Shown in pieces: positions 1 to 9,767 of a DNA stretch of 43,593 nucleotides. The notes below the pieces were generated by a model, which saw only the letters and a list, made by a program, of their open reading frames with translations, was not told where the DNA came from and did not search any database. The translations under genes were made by a program, and so were the position numbers. The stretch lies in the IMG/VR virus record IMGVR_UViG_3300032213_001671, positions 1 through 43,593 of that record, one strand, 5' to 3'. The first letter of the stretch is position 1, and each line of letters begins with the position of its first letter. This DNA comes from a virus. Its lineage: Duplodnaviria > Caudoviricetes.

Positions 1-2985
1 CCTTGAGCACCTTGTACACCACTCGTTCCGGCTGCGCCTTGAGCACCCTGAGCACCTTGAGCACCCTGTGCGCCTTGAATTCCTTGAGCGCCTTGCGCAC
101 CTTGTGCACCCTGAACACCACTCGTTCCGGCTGCGCCTTGAGCACCCTGTACGCCTTGAGCACCTTGGGCACCTTGAGCGCCCTGAGAACCAGTCGAACC
201 TTTAACACCACTCGTTCCGGCTGCGCCTTGAGCACCTTGTGCACCTTGAGCACCCTGTGCACCACCACCGCCTTGCGCACCAGTTGCGCCTTGAGCACCT
301 TGTGCGCCAGTTGCGCCTTGAGCACCTTGTGCGCCAGTTGCGCCCTGAGCACCTTGTGCGCCTTGTGGACCTGTTGAGGTTTTGTAAACAACACCTGTGG
401 TATTATCAACTGTGAGATAATAACCTGTTGAGTTACTTGTTAAACTTTCAACACGTAGTGGTAATAGACCAGCGGTACTACTTGAAATATGTAATTCTGT
501 TGTAGGAGATGCAACACCAACGCCTACACGACTACCACTTACAACCAAATCATTTCGGTTGTATTGTCCCATTATGATTCTATTATCTGCAAATACTTCC
601 AATACTGGGAATCCAGCAATAGTATTAACTGACATCAAACTATCACTCAAATCATCAGTAATATTGAACAAAATACCATTAACACCTGTGGCATTAAAAA
701 TAGAACTACCAGATACAGTAGATTTAACTTCCAATTCTGCAGTTGGTGTAGTCGTATTAATACCAATTGCCGTTGATGCACTTTCAAATATAATTGAATT
801 TGCAATCGTAGTCGATCCAGTGAATTTTGCCAAATATCCAGTTGTACCGCCGGGACTTACACCAGTAGCACCTTGTGCACCCTGAGCGCCTTGTGCACCA
901 GTTGCGCCACCACCACCTTGAGCACCCTGTGCGCCTTGAACACCACTTGTTCCTGCCGCACCCTGAGCACCTTGTGCACCCTGTGATCCTTGAGCACCTT
1001 GTGCGCCCTGAGCGCCCGAAGTTCCAGATGAACCTCCTGCTCCTTGAGCGCCTTGTGCACCTTGTGATCCAGTCGAACCTTTGACACCACTTGTACCCGC
1101 TGCACCTTGTGCGCCTTGAACTCCTTGTGCTCCCTGAGCACCCTGTGCGCCTTGAACACCACTTGTTCCTGCCGCACCTTGAGCACCCTGTGCGCCTTGA
1201 GCACCCTGTGCGCCTTGTGCACCAGTTGCGCCACCACCACCTTGAGCGCCTTGAGCACCAGATGTTCCTGCGGAACCTCCTGCGCCCTGTGCACCTTGTG
1301 CACCTTGCGCTCCCTGTGATCCTTGTGCTCCCTGCGCTCCAGATGTACCAGAAGTTCCGGCCGCACCTTGTGCGCCCTGAGCGCCTTGTGCACCACCACC
1401 CCCCTGTGCACCTTGAGCGCCGGACGTACCTGAAGTTCCACTTGTACCAGAAGTTCCAGCGGTACCAGATGTTCCGGCAGAACCACCTGCACCTTGTGCG
1501 CCCTGAGCGCCTTGTGGACCTGTTGAGGTTTTGAAAACAACGCCGGTAGTATTGTCTACGGTTAAATAATATCCTGTAGAGTTACTGGTTAACGACTCAA
1601 CTCTGAGTGGCAAAACACCAGCGGTGCTACTAGAAATGTGTAATTCGGTTGTTGGTGATCCGACTCCTATACCAACAAGACTTGAACTAATTACTAGATC
1701 ATTTTTATTAAAAGCACCAGCAACAATACGGTTATCACTAAATACTTCAAAAATTGGTAATCCCGAAATTGTGTTAACTGACATCAGACTTCCACTCAAT
1801 TCGTCTGTAACACTAAACAAATTGCCAGATCCACCGGCAACATTAAATACATTTGAACCCGTTGCAGAACTAGATACATCGAGTCTTGCAATCGGAGTAG
1901 TAGTTCCAATACCAATTCTACTACCACTTTCAAAAATTGGAGTGGTTGTGTTTCCAATTGTAGTTGTACTCGTAAACTTTGTAATAGTATTTGTTGTACC
2001 ACTAACTGCAACGCTTGTACCAGAAGTGCCAGTGGTGCCAGATGTTCCGCTTGTTCCTGATGAACCAGCCGCACCTTGTGCACCTTGAACGCCTTGTGCA
2101 CCCTGTGCACCACCACCACCTTGAGCACCCTGTGCGCCTTGAGCACCCTGAACACCACTCGTTCCTGCTGCGCCTTGAGCACCCTGTACGCCTTGAGCAC
2201 CTTGAGCACCTTGCGCGCCTTGGACACCGCTTGTACCTGCAGTTCCATTTGTACCTGATGTGCCAAATGCACCTTGTGCGCCTTGCGCACCACCACCGCC
2301 CTGAACACCTTGTGCGCCTTGAGCACCTTGAACGCCTGACGTACCAGTCGTTCCACTTGTTCCAAATGCACCTTGTGCACCCTGAGCACCTTGAACTCCG
2401 CTTGTACCGGCAGTTCCTGACGTTCCGGTAGTTCCTGATGTTCCAGTCGTGCCACTTGTGCCTGCGGTTCCAGATGTTCCACTTGTTCCAGTAGTGCCTG
2501 AAGTTCCGGCTGTTCCTGATGTTCCGCTTGTTCCCGATGAACCAGCCGCACCTTGTGCTCCCTGAGCACCACCACCACCCTGTGCACCTTGAGCGCCGGA
2601 CGTACCAGACGTACCGGCTGTGCCAGCGGTTCCACTTGTACCAGTCGTACCAGAAGTACCGGCAGTGCCCGAGGTTCCAGCGGTTCCACTGGTTCCGGAG
2701 GTTCCGCTTGTGCCTGCGGTTCCGGATGTTCCGCTTGTTCCGGTAGTGCCTGAAGTTCCAGCCGTTCCTGATGTGCCAGTTGTACCACTTGTTCCTGCGG
2801 ATCCACTAGTTCCTGATGTGCCAGAGGTACCAGCACTTCCACTTGTTCCGGTTGTACCACTTGTTCCTGCGGTACCAGATGTTCCGCTTGTTCCTGCAGT
2901 ACCTGAAGTTCCAGCTGTTCCAGACGTACCACTTGTGCCAGCGGTTCCACTGGTTCCTGCGGTACCAGAAGTTCCTGATGTGCCG
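1..2985 (-). repeat. Gly-X-Y triplet (9-nt) repeat tracts at ~1-380, ~860-1520 and ~2020-2985
   Basis: Plus strand shows recurrent ccttgagca/ccttgtgca (GAQ) and gttccagc/gtaccact (GTS/GTA) units. Confidence 0.9.
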
Positions 2986-3272
2986 CCCAAATCGATGGTT
3001 GTACGTGATTTAACCGTTCCGTCGGTTGATACCACCAAAATATTGGTTTCGGTTGTACCAGATGTTACGGTTAACTTGAGCGGTTTGAGAATGTCTATGC
3101 TACCGGTTGGTTCACCATGTAGAACCATCATTGGTCCGTCAACTGTTGAGTCAAATCGTACAGCACCACTTGAAGATACGGATAGAGTAACGTTTGAATC
3201 ATTTGAACCACTAAATTGAATAGTTGGTTCATTTGACGTACCTCTTTGCGGTATGATAATGATATCAGGCAT
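1..3272 (-). CDS. Collagen-like tail/head fibre protein, 3'-truncated at the window edge (>1080 aa)
   Basis: Absent from the ORF track, presumably because no stop lies within the window. ATG at 3272 ([23 protein letters not shown]...). The same frame, spot-checked at several positions, continues through (G-T-S/A/T)n and (G-A-Q)n triplet runs and two globular repeats to position 1. A TATTTATA motif lies upstream. Confidence 0.85.
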   Translation of the reverse strand, partial: MPDIIIIPQRGTSNEPTIQFSGSNDSNVTLSVSSSGAVRFDSTVDGPMMVLHGEPTGSIDILKPLKLTVTSGTTETNILVVSTDGTVKSRTTIDLGGTSGTSGTAGTSGTAGTSGTSGTAGTSGTAGTSGTSGTAGTSGTTGTSGSAGTSGTSGTSGSAGTSGTTGTSGTAGTSGTTGTSGTSGTAGTSGTSGTSGTAGTSGTAGTSGTTGTSGTAGTAGTSGTSGAQGAQGGGGAQGAQGAAGSSGTSGTSGTAGTSGTTGTSGTSGTAGTSGTTGTSGTTGTSGTAGTSGVQGAQGAQGAFGTSGTTGTSGVQGAQGAQGVQGGGGAQGAQGAFGTSGTNGTAGTSGVQGAQGAQGAQGVQGAQGAAGTSGVQGAQGAQGAQGGGGAQGAQGVQGAQGAAGSSGTSGTSGTTGTSGTSVAVSGTTNTITKFTSTTTIGNTTTPIFESGSRIGIGTTTPIARLDVSSSATGSNVFNVAGGSGNLFSVTDELSGSLMSVNTISGLPIFEVFSDNRIVAGAFNKNDLVISSSLVGIGVGSPTTELHISSSTAGVLPLRVESLTSNSTGYYLTVDNTTGVVFKTSTGPQGAQGAQGAGGSAGTSGTAGTSGTSGTSGTSGAQGAQGGGGAQGAQGAQGAAGTSGTSGAQGAQGSQGAQGAQGAQGAGGSAGTSGAQGAQGGGGATGAQGAQGAQGAQGAQGAAGTSGVQGAQGAQGAQGVQGAQGAAGTSGVKGSTGSQGAQGAQGAGGSSGTSGAQGAQGAQGSQGAQGAQGAAGTSGVQGAQGAQGGGGATGAQGAQGAQGATGVSPGGTTGYLAKFTGSTTIANSIIFESASTAIGINTTTPTAELEVKSTVSGSSIFNATGVNGILFNITDDLSDSLMSVNTIAGFPVLEVFADNRIIMGQYNRNDLVVSGSRVGVGVASPTTELHISSSTAGLLPLRVESLTSNSTGYYLTVDNTTGVVYKTSTGPQGAQGAQGATGAQGAQGATGAQGAQGATGAQGGGGAQGAQGAQGAQGAAGTSGVKGSTGSQGAQGAQGAQGVQGAQGAAGTSGVQGAQGAQGAQGIQGAQGAQGAQGAQGAAGTSGVQGAQ
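380..2010 (-). repeat. Two copies (~380-860 and ~1522-2010) of a ~160-aa globular fibre domain
   Basis: Both copies read KFT.(S/T)TTI...IFES...IGI.TTTP...[29 protein letters not shown]...[44 protein letters not shown]. Confidence 0.85.
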
Positions 3273-3295
3273 AAAATCTACAGATAATCTTAGAT

Positions 3296-3303
3296 TATAA
3301 ATA
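3296..3303 (-). promoter_or_regulatory. TATTTATA upstream motif (putative late promoter)
   Basis: 23 nt upstream of ATG 3272; the motif recurs before many starts. Confidence 0.6.
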
Positions 3304-3338
3304 TAGAATATAACCCAAAGTATTCACAATATGTGTTT

Positions 3339-4010
3339 TTATAATCCAAATCTACTCTTAGTAGCATTATAGTTCTGTAACACTTCTGTTGATGATAAAG
3401 TTTTTGTATACACAGATGTGGTAGCAATATATCCAATCCAAGTACGACCCGCGTCAGATCGACCAACCATATGAACTGTTGAACTTGGGTTGCCTAAAAT
3501 TACACCTGTAGTACCAGACCAAGTAGCTTGTGATTGTGCGTTAACATAATAAATATGATCAGAACCAGTAGATGTAAATCCTGCATATGTCCACACGCCA
3601 ACTGAAAATACTGGCAATGAACTGTTATTAATATTTCCCAACCTTAATCTTGAATTGGTGGTGTACATTTCAAAATGACAATTTCCACTAACACCATAAT
3701 GACCCCATATACCTGATGCAACTCCTGCGGTAGGTAACGAAGTTAAATACACCCATGAAAATACAGATAATGGAGAATCTGTTTGAGCTGGCACAAACGT
3801 TATATCTGTAAAATCATCGACTCCATCAAACGTAATATATCCATTATTTCCACTATTAAATGTTGGACCGTTGGTTAATGTTCCAATTCTATTGTTACCA
3901 CTTACATCAGTCCACACAGTGCCACTACCCGGATAACTGCTTTTATCAGCAGCGTCTAAACACAACACCAATCCCGAGTCAGATATATTTGGACCCAATG
4001 AACTTGCCAT
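3339..4010 (-). CDS. LamG/concanavalin A-like lectin domain virion protein (short paralog)
   Basis: GLVLCLDAAD..SYPGSGT.W.D.SG..GTL.NGPTF...FDGVDD and C-terminal EVLQNYNATKSRFGL. Start reassigned to ATG 4010, 1 nt after the upstream TAA. Confidence 0.85.
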   Translation of the reverse strand: MASSLGPNISDSGLVLCLDAADKSSYPGSGTVWTDVSGNNRIGTLTNGPTFNSGNNGYITFDGVDDFTDITFVPAQTDSPLSVFSWVYLTSLPTAGVASGIWGHYGVSGNCHFEMYTTNSRLRLGNINNSSLPVFSVGVWTYAGFTSTGSDHIYYVNAQSQATWSGTTGVILGNPSSTVHMVGRSDAGRTWIGYIATTSVYTKTLSSTEVLQNYNATKSRFGL

Positions 4011-4011
4011 A

Positions 4012-4281
4012 TTATACAAATTTAGGATCTGGGCTGGTCCATTCAGGTGTAGATAATATTGTTAATATTTCCTCATATGTATATGGACCTTCTTTTGTGG
4101 TTAAGTTATTTACACAATCAGGTGTAGCTCCATCCCATTTAACGAATGTTTTGGTTAGATCAACACTTTTACGTACAGTATTGGCAGAAGTTTCGTGTAC
4201 TTGTGTAAAATCTATAACATTTAATTCACTCACATTAAATATCATAAACTCCCTATTTTCGTATATTGTTACATTATTCAT
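4012..4281 (-). CDS. Small acidic protein of the array partner family (possible assembly chaperone/adaptor)
   Basis: 89 aa, tightly packed. The motif IDFTQV...RKSVD.TKTFVKWD...YTYEEIL.IL.TPEW is shared with three other small genes in the array. Confidence 0.75.
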   Translation of the reverse strand: MNNVTIYENREFMIFNVSELNVIDFTQVHETSANTVRKSVDLTKTFVKWDGATPDCVNNLTTKEGPYTYEEILTILSTPEWTSPDPKFV

Positions 4282-4286
4282 ATATT

Positions 4287-4964
4287 TTATAATCCAAATC
4301 TTGTTTTTGTTGCGTTATAGTTTTGAAGTATTTCTGTTGCGGTTAATGCTCTGTTATAAACACTTGCAATATATATATTGCCTGGATATGGACCATCACC
4401 AAACACACCATTTCCAAGCCTGATTGGATATGTATCTTGGATTTCTCCAGTATAACTTACTTGATTATCAAAAACTCCATTAACATATAATTTTAACAAA
4501 GAATTTGTTCTATCATATACGATACCACCAAAAGATATAGTTCCATTTGGAATAATGGCATTTGAAGATACTCCAGCGGTACTACCACCATCAGCATATA
4601 ATCTAGTTGAAATAATATATGTTTGAAATCCGTTATCACTACTACTTCTTTGTGTAACTAACGTACCAACGCCATCTCCGACTGTAGACGTTTTAAACCA
4701 AACACAAATAGTAGCGTTATCTGTTGGAAAACTAATTGTAGACGCATTGTAAGGTACATTTACATAATCATCTACACCATCAAAAACGATACAACCACCT
4801 CTATCATTATTGAACGTAGACCCATTAGTTAGAGTTCCTGTGTTGTTATTACCACTCAAATCAGTCCAAGTGGTACCTGTGCCACTATAACTATTTTTAT
4901 CAGCAGCATCCAGTGCTAATACCAAACCGTTAGTTACAAGTTTTGGACCTCTAGATATTGCCAT
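4287..4964 (-). CDS. LamG/ConA-like lectin domain protein (short paralog)
   Basis: GPKLVTNGLVLALDAADKNSY...FDGVDDYV...LYVNG...YNRALTATEILQNYNATKTRFGL. Confidence 0.88.
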   Translation of the reverse strand: MAISRGPKLVTNGLVLALDAADKNSYSGTGTTWTDLSGNNNTGTLTNGSTFNNDRGGCIVFDGVDDYVNVPYNASTISFPTDNATICVWFKTSTVGDGVGTLVTQRSSSDNGFQTYIISTRLYADGGSTAGVSSNAIIPNGTISFGGIVYDRTNSLLKLYVNGVFDNQVSYTGEIQDTYPIRLGNGVFGDGPYPGNIYIASVYNRALTATEILQNYNATKTRFGL

Positions 4965-4973
4965 ATACTATAA

Positions 4974-5681
4974 TTATAACCCAAATCTTGTTTTAGTAGC
5001 ATTATAGTTCTGCAACACTTCAGTTGCACTTAATGCTCTATTGTATATTTGAACAGATGCAATGTTTCCTGTAAACTTGGCGAATCCTGATATTGTCATA
5101 CCTAGACTTAAATATGAGGTACTAGTTATATCATATACGACTATAGCACTACTAAATGATTCATATACACCATTTATATAAAAATGTCCATTGTTAGTTG
5201 CTCCCGTCTGTCTAATTGTAACAAAATTAACCCACTTATTAATTAAACTCGACCAACTGTTAGATGAATAATTCTGACTATAGGAGGATCCGTTAGATGC
5301 TCCAGTTTCTATGTAAAATTTACCTCCACTGAGAGTAGACCATCCAACAAGATATCCTTTCTGATTTTCATAATTAGAAACCATAGTTTTAGTAAAACCC
5401 GCACTAACTTGCGTACCTATTTTGACCCAAGTACTTACAGTAAAATCGTTGGTACTCATGGCAAATGATGGCGAATAATTAAAACTACCCTGTCCAGATA
5501 CGCCATCAAAGAAAATAGACCCGTTATTATTACTATCAAAAGTAACGCTGCTTAAATATCCACCAGAACTATTGCCTGTTATATCATTCATAACTGCACC
5601 TGTTCCTGTATAACAATTTTTATCAGCAAAATCCACTGCTAATACCAAACCATTTGTTACTGTTTTTGGTCCGTAATTCAT
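4974..5681 (-). CDS. LamG/ConA-like lectin domain protein (short paralog)
   Basis: GPKTVTNGLVLAVDFAD...FTVSTWVK...FYING...YNRALSATEVLQNYNATKTRFGL. Confidence 0.88.
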   Translation of the reverse strand: MNYGPKTVTNGLVLAVDFADKNCYTGTGAVMNDITGNSSGGYLSSVTFDSNNNGSIFFDGVSGQGSFNYSPSFAMSTNDFTVSTWVKIGTQVSAGFTKTMVSNYENQKGYLVGWSTLSGGKFYIETGASNGSSYSQNYSSNSWSSLINKWVNFVTIRQTGATNNGHFYINGVYESFSSAIVVYDITSTSYLSLGMTISGFAKFTGNIASVQIYNRALSATEVLQNYNATKTRFGL

Positions 5682-5682
5682 A

Positions 5683-5940
5683 TTATTGTGATATTGGTCT
5701 ATACCAATCAGGAGTTGTCATGAGTGGCAAAAACTCTATATGAGATAAATATGGACCTTTTGTAGTAAGTGTATCAACACTTGATGGAACTTCATCAGTT
5801 TCCCATTTAGCAAAAAATTGTGTACCATCAATAGAACAATCCCACGGCCATTCTGGTGCATCAACAATTTGAGAAGAATCTATTGATCCAGATTCACTTG
5901 ATGAAAATATTACATATTGTTTTTTTGTATAGTCTGGCAT
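5683..5940 (-). CDS. Small acidic partner-family protein
   Basis: Start reassigned to MPDYTKK (ATG 5940). YVIF..SE...ID.SQI...SIDGTQFFAKWE...LTTKGPY...PDW is paralogous to 4012..4281. Confidence 0.72.
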   Translation of the reverse strand: MPDYTKKQYVIFSSSESGSIDSSQIVDAPEWPWDCSIDGTQFFAKWETDEVPSSVDTLTTKGPYLSHIEFLPLMTTPDWYRPISQ

Positions 5941-5941
5941 A

Positions 5942-6175
5942 TTATATAACCTCCACAGTAATTGGTTCGATGAAATTGAAACAACACACTTTCTTTTGAG
6001 CAATCATGTCGTCAATGTTATAATGTTCCATGGGATCGTCATTATAAAATATCCACATTTTTTCTGTCAATATCAACGTATTACCATCATACCAGTTAAA
6101 ATAGTATGTAGTATGATCACTCTCGCTTGGACCCGTTGATTTATCCAATATTAATTTGTTAACAATAGGTTTCAT
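5942..6175 (-). CDS. Hypothetical protein (77 aa)
   Basis: ATGA overlap with the upstream gene's stop, and stop 1 nt before the next ATG (translational coupling). Confidence 0.6.
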   Translation of the reverse strand: MKPIVNKLILDKSTGPSESDHTTYYFNWYDGNTLILTEKMWIFYNDDPMEHYNIDDMIAQKKVCCFNFIEPITVEVI

Positions 6176-8139
6176 TTTATATAAGCGGCTGCGTAATTAT
6201 GATAATCGGCACCCGAACTCTCCCAATAAGGAGCTCCATCATATCCCCAAATATTTCCACTCCAACACGCTCCATACCACCAAGGAGCGTTGTTATATGA
6301 AGTAGAACAGTTGGATCCGTAAGCATCTTGATCGTTGTCAAATGTAGTCAATGAATATCCATTCGCAATGTGGTAATTATACCAACCGGGAGTTGATCCA
6401 CCGACTTCATTAGATAAACTAGAAGCACCTAGCATTGCATATGTAGATGACCAACCGGTCCAACTCCAAGACGAACGTTTAGTATGATTTCCAGTATCAC
6501 CTAACGTTCTATACGAAGTAGAAACAAAATATGCTATTTTATTAAAACTACTATTTGCATCAATAATACTCTTCCAAGCATCTAATCCCACCCACAAATT
6601 AAAGTTTGTCGGTGTATAATGATTTCCATAGTTGAGGCCGGGTGATGTAGATGATGTGGATCTAAAATTAATAACGTTCTTGGTAGCATCAACATAAGAT
6701 AATGATGGCATACCACCATTGCCTGTTCTATTATTCAAAACAAGAACCCATCCTCCACCACTATAAGTCATATCAACCCAAAATCTGCCTACATTATTTC
6801 CGGCAGAAATCCAATACCAACCAGTTGCAGCACTTGGATTTGCAGCAAGAATATCGGTTGATTTTGCAGCAGGATTATCAGGAGTTGTTCCTAACAATCT
6901 GGGCGTTCTTCCAAATCGTGGTGCGTAAATATTAAACAACTGTGTTACCTCATAGTCATCTAATATACGATTATATTGTCTAAATATTCCTATATTACCA
7001 TTAAAATTATTAGTTGCACTAGCTGTCCATGTTGTTCCTAATGGATCTCCACCAAGATACCACTTTTGATTTGCAGATGCTGCAATATTTGCACCTTCGC
7101 CGACATTGGTAGTAGTATTTTCAAGTACACCGTCAGTATATACTTTCATCAATTTTGATGAATTATCATAACTATATACAACTTGATGCCAAATGTTATC
7201 AGTAATCACCGTAGATCCTTGTGGATCATCAGATCCCCAACCATGCCATTGTGCTCTACTATTTTGTACACCTAACCAAAATCGTTCGCCCGTGGTAATA
7301 CTAGATGCGTTTGTCATTACGGCCATTGGCATATACGTGGCATTGGTTCCGTTCATCTTAACCCACATTTCAAAGGTGCGTTGATTTGATGACCACTGTC
7401 CATTTCCATCAACTGTGAGACTTGCGTTGGTATTGGAAAATTGAAGTGTTGTAGCAGAAGTAAATGGATTGACCTGTACGTTTGACTGTATAAATGGAGT
7501 ATTATTTGCGGTTATTGTATGCTTACCATAACCCATATCAATTATACAATTAGTTGTTGAACGTGAAGTAGTTGTCAATGAACCAGAATCATTTGATACA
7601 AATGGAGTTGCATATGACTTTAATTCAACTTGAGGCATTGTTACATCCCAAGTTCCTCTGTATGTACCACTTTGATCTCCACCCCAATTAATTAAATAAA
7701 AGGTAGGATTTAAACTGGTGACTGATAATGTATATGATACCTTTTGCCATGTGCCAACGATACTTTGATTAACATAACTTGCAACATCTCCACCACCCCA
7801 CCCAGAAACATATACTGCACCTCCTGTCATACCAGACGTACATGACCAAAACCGTATCCACGCTGAAAATGTATAAGTTCCAGTTTGTGGTAACGATATG
7901 CCCCTATACACGCCATTCCAAGCAATGAAGTTACGCATTTGATATGCGATAGTACCAAATTCTGTAAGAAATGGTGTCGGAGTACCATTACTATAGTTAT
8001 TCCAACCTGTCATTGTATATGCACCCGGAACATAGTTGGTTGTAGATTCACCTTTGACACTATTAATATCATCAGCGTCAATATTAAGAACAGCGTCTTT
8101 TAGAATATTAGATGATTTTGGTCCACTGCTTACAGCCAT
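6172..8139 (-). CDS. Multi-domain virion lectin: CBM-like insert + LamG + C-terminal fibrinogen-related (FReD-like) domain
   Basis: LamG motifs (TFEMWVK, WHQVVYSYD, VYTDG, YNRIL). C-terminus has GWYWI..WVDMTYSGGGWVLV..LWVGLD..TTFDNDQD..NC...PWWYGACW, matching the fibrinogen C-terminal consensus. Confidence 0.8.
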   Translation of the reverse strand: MAVSSGPKSSNILKDAVLNIDADDINSVKGESTTNYVPGAYTMTGWNNYSNGTPTPFLTEFGTIAYQMRNFIAWNGVYRGISLPQTGTYTFSAWIRFWSCTSGMTGGAVYVSGWGGGDVASYVNQSIVGTWQKVSYTLSVTSLNPTFYLINWGGDQSGTYRGTWDVTMPQVELKSYATPFVSNDSGSLTTTSRSTTNCIIDMGYGKHTITANNTPFIQSNVQVNPFTSATTLQFSNTNASLTVDGNGQWSSNQRTFEMWVKMNGTNATYMPMAVMTNASSITTGERFWLGVQNSRAQWHGWGSDDPQGSTVITDNIWHQVVYSYDNSSKLMKVYTDGVLENTTTNVGEGANIAASANQKWYLGGDPLGTTWTASATNNFNGNIGIFRQYNRILDDYEVTQLFNIYAPRFGRTPRLLGTTPDNPAAKSTDILAANPSAATGWYWISAGNNVGRFWVDMTYSGGGWVLVLNNRTGNGGMPSLSYVDATKNVINFRSTSSTSPGLNYGNHYTPTNFNLWVGLDAWKSIIDANSSFNKIAYFVSTSYRTLGDTGNHTKRSSWSWTGWSSTYAMLGASSLSNEVGGSTPGWYNYHIANGYSLTTFDNDQDAYGSNCSTSYNNAPWWYGACWSGNIWGYDGAPYWESSGADYHNYAAAYIK

Positions 8140-8140
8140 A

Positions 8141-9379
8141 TTAACCTCCTATTCTTCCTCTTATTGCGTTATAATTGTTTGCAACTTCAGTTGCATTTAA
8201 AACTCTGTTATAAATATGACAACACGACATATTTGTTATATCACTTGTAGTATGACCTTCAAAAAAAGTTACGCTAGCGTTACCACTTGTTTTTGGGTTA
8301 CTTACAGAGGCAGCAGTCACAGAAACGCCGTTTACATAAGCAGTTGCGGTTGCACCATTTTTTGTAACGCCGACATAATACCACTTATTTAAAGCAAAAT
8401 CTCCACCTCCAATATCTCCAAAATCACAACCACTGTTGCCAGGATCATATCTCCAGTGAAGATATCTTTGACTTGGATATCTCCATATACCGGGACTTCT
8501 GTCAGATCCACCACAATTAAACGTAAATATCTTATCCCAAGCTCCAGTAAAACTATTTGGATAAGTACCTGTACTATTAAATCTAACCGAAAAGAAAATT
8601 GAATGAACATCGTTATTCAATATGCTCGAACTGTCTGTATACAAGTAAGAAGTTGCGTCAAAATGTTGAACATTGGCTTTCATTGATAACGCGTTATTAA
8701 TAGTAATGGTTCTGTTACGAGTTACATCAATTAATCCTGTAGTTGATGACTGTACACCACTGTTATCATAAACATACGGTGACATGTCAGTGTAGTCTGA
8801 TATGTTTAAATCTTCTTTAAATGGTCCTGCCCAATATACTGTAATTGGTGAATTCAATACAGCATCCGCTGGATTAATTGCCCAGTATTTACCATCACTT
8901 AATGTTGATGTGCTATACCATACAACTTTAGCACGAAACCAACCATCTCCCATATTTTCAGGTGCACATGTATTACACTGCCATCCACCAATGTTTGAAT
9001 ACGCCAAAAATATAGGTGTGGCATTCATCAAAGAAGTTGGTTTATAAAAAATAGAATGACCAGTATATCTATTTGCAGTTCCACCACCACCTCCAGTTAC
9101 AACACCGAGGCCTGGATTATTTGCGTTTTTTAAGTAGGATACACCAGTAGCGGTTATCGGAGTAAGTACTTGTTTATAAACCTGATATCCTTTGTAAAAA
9201 TCGTTGGTTAAAGTAAGAGTTGTAGTTACATCTCCACCAACGTTATTATAATTACTCATTCCGTAATTCCACGACAAATTTGTAGTGGGCCTTCCTTTGT
9301 AACACGTATCTTTATCGTTTAGATCAAATGCAAACACCAAACCGTCACGAATAATGGATGGATTTCTGATATATGCCAT
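8141..9379 (-). CDS. LamG domain protein with inserted passenger domain
   Basis: NPSIIRDGLVFAFD...YKGRPTTN N-terminus; WYYVGVT..YVNG..IYNRVLNATEVANNYNA C-terminus. Confidence 0.85.
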   Translation of the reverse strand: MAYIRNPSIIRDGLVFAFDLNDKDTCYKGRPTTNLSWNYGMSNYNNVGGDVTTTLTLTNDFYKGYQVYKQVLTPITATGVSYLKNANNPGLGVVTGGGGGTANRYTGHSIFYKPTSLMNATPIFLAYSNIGGWQCNTCAPENMGDGWFRAKVVWYSTSTLSDGKYWAINPADAVLNSPITVYWAGPFKEDLNISDYTDMSPYVYDNSGVQSSTTGLIDVTRNRTITINNALSMKANVQHFDATSYLYTDSSSILNNDVHSIFFSVRFNSTGTYPNSFTGAWDKIFTFNCGGSDRSPGIWRYPSQRYLHWRYDPGNSGCDFGDIGGGDFALNKWYYVGVTKNGATATAYVNGVSVTAASVSNPKTSGNASVTFFEGHTTSDITNMSCCHIYNRVLNATEVANNYNAIRGRIGG

Positions 9380-9391
9380 ATAGAATATATA

Positions 9392-9763
9392 TTACAGAGT
9401 ACCCCACTCCAGTGATTTTATCATTTCATCAAACTCTGATTGAATATACTCAGGATACTGCGGATCGTAAATATCAGGCCTTCCATATATACCGGCTAAA
9501 ATAATTTGTACAATTGGTTCTAACGTTTTTGCGTCAATACAATCAGTTTCTTGATCTGTATCAAAAATATTGACATCATAACTTACATACGTTTTTGAAT
9601 GATCTTGATTGTATCTTAATTGATTTGGCTTTTCAAGTACTTGAGCGAAGTTGATATTTGGTACAATTGATTCGGGTATGATTAACCACCGTCTATTTGG
9701 ATACAATGATTTTGGTTTATCAAATGACGGTGGTGGAGATGGAGGCGTATCGATAGTATCCAT
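9392..9763 (-). CDS. Small partner-family protein (long subtype)
   Basis: YPNRRWLIIP.SIVP.INFAQV...LRY..D.SKTYV.YDV...YGRPDIY...YPEY, a close paralog of 11395..11742. Confidence 0.78.
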   Translation of the reverse strand: MDTIDTPPSPPPSFDKPKSLYPNRRWLIIPESIVPNINFAQVLEKPNQLRYNQDHSKTYVSYDVNIFDTDQETDCIDAKTLEPIVQIILAGIYGRPDIYDPQYPEYIQSEFDEMIKSLEWGTL

Positions 9764-9767
9764 AAAA

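Noticed and set aside
3-3219. Many ORFs in the track over the collagen region (LSTL..., HKVHKA..., PEVPAV...)
   Set aside because: Antisense and shifted-frame shadows of the G-X-Y repeats; the real gene is the minus-strand frame starting at 3272
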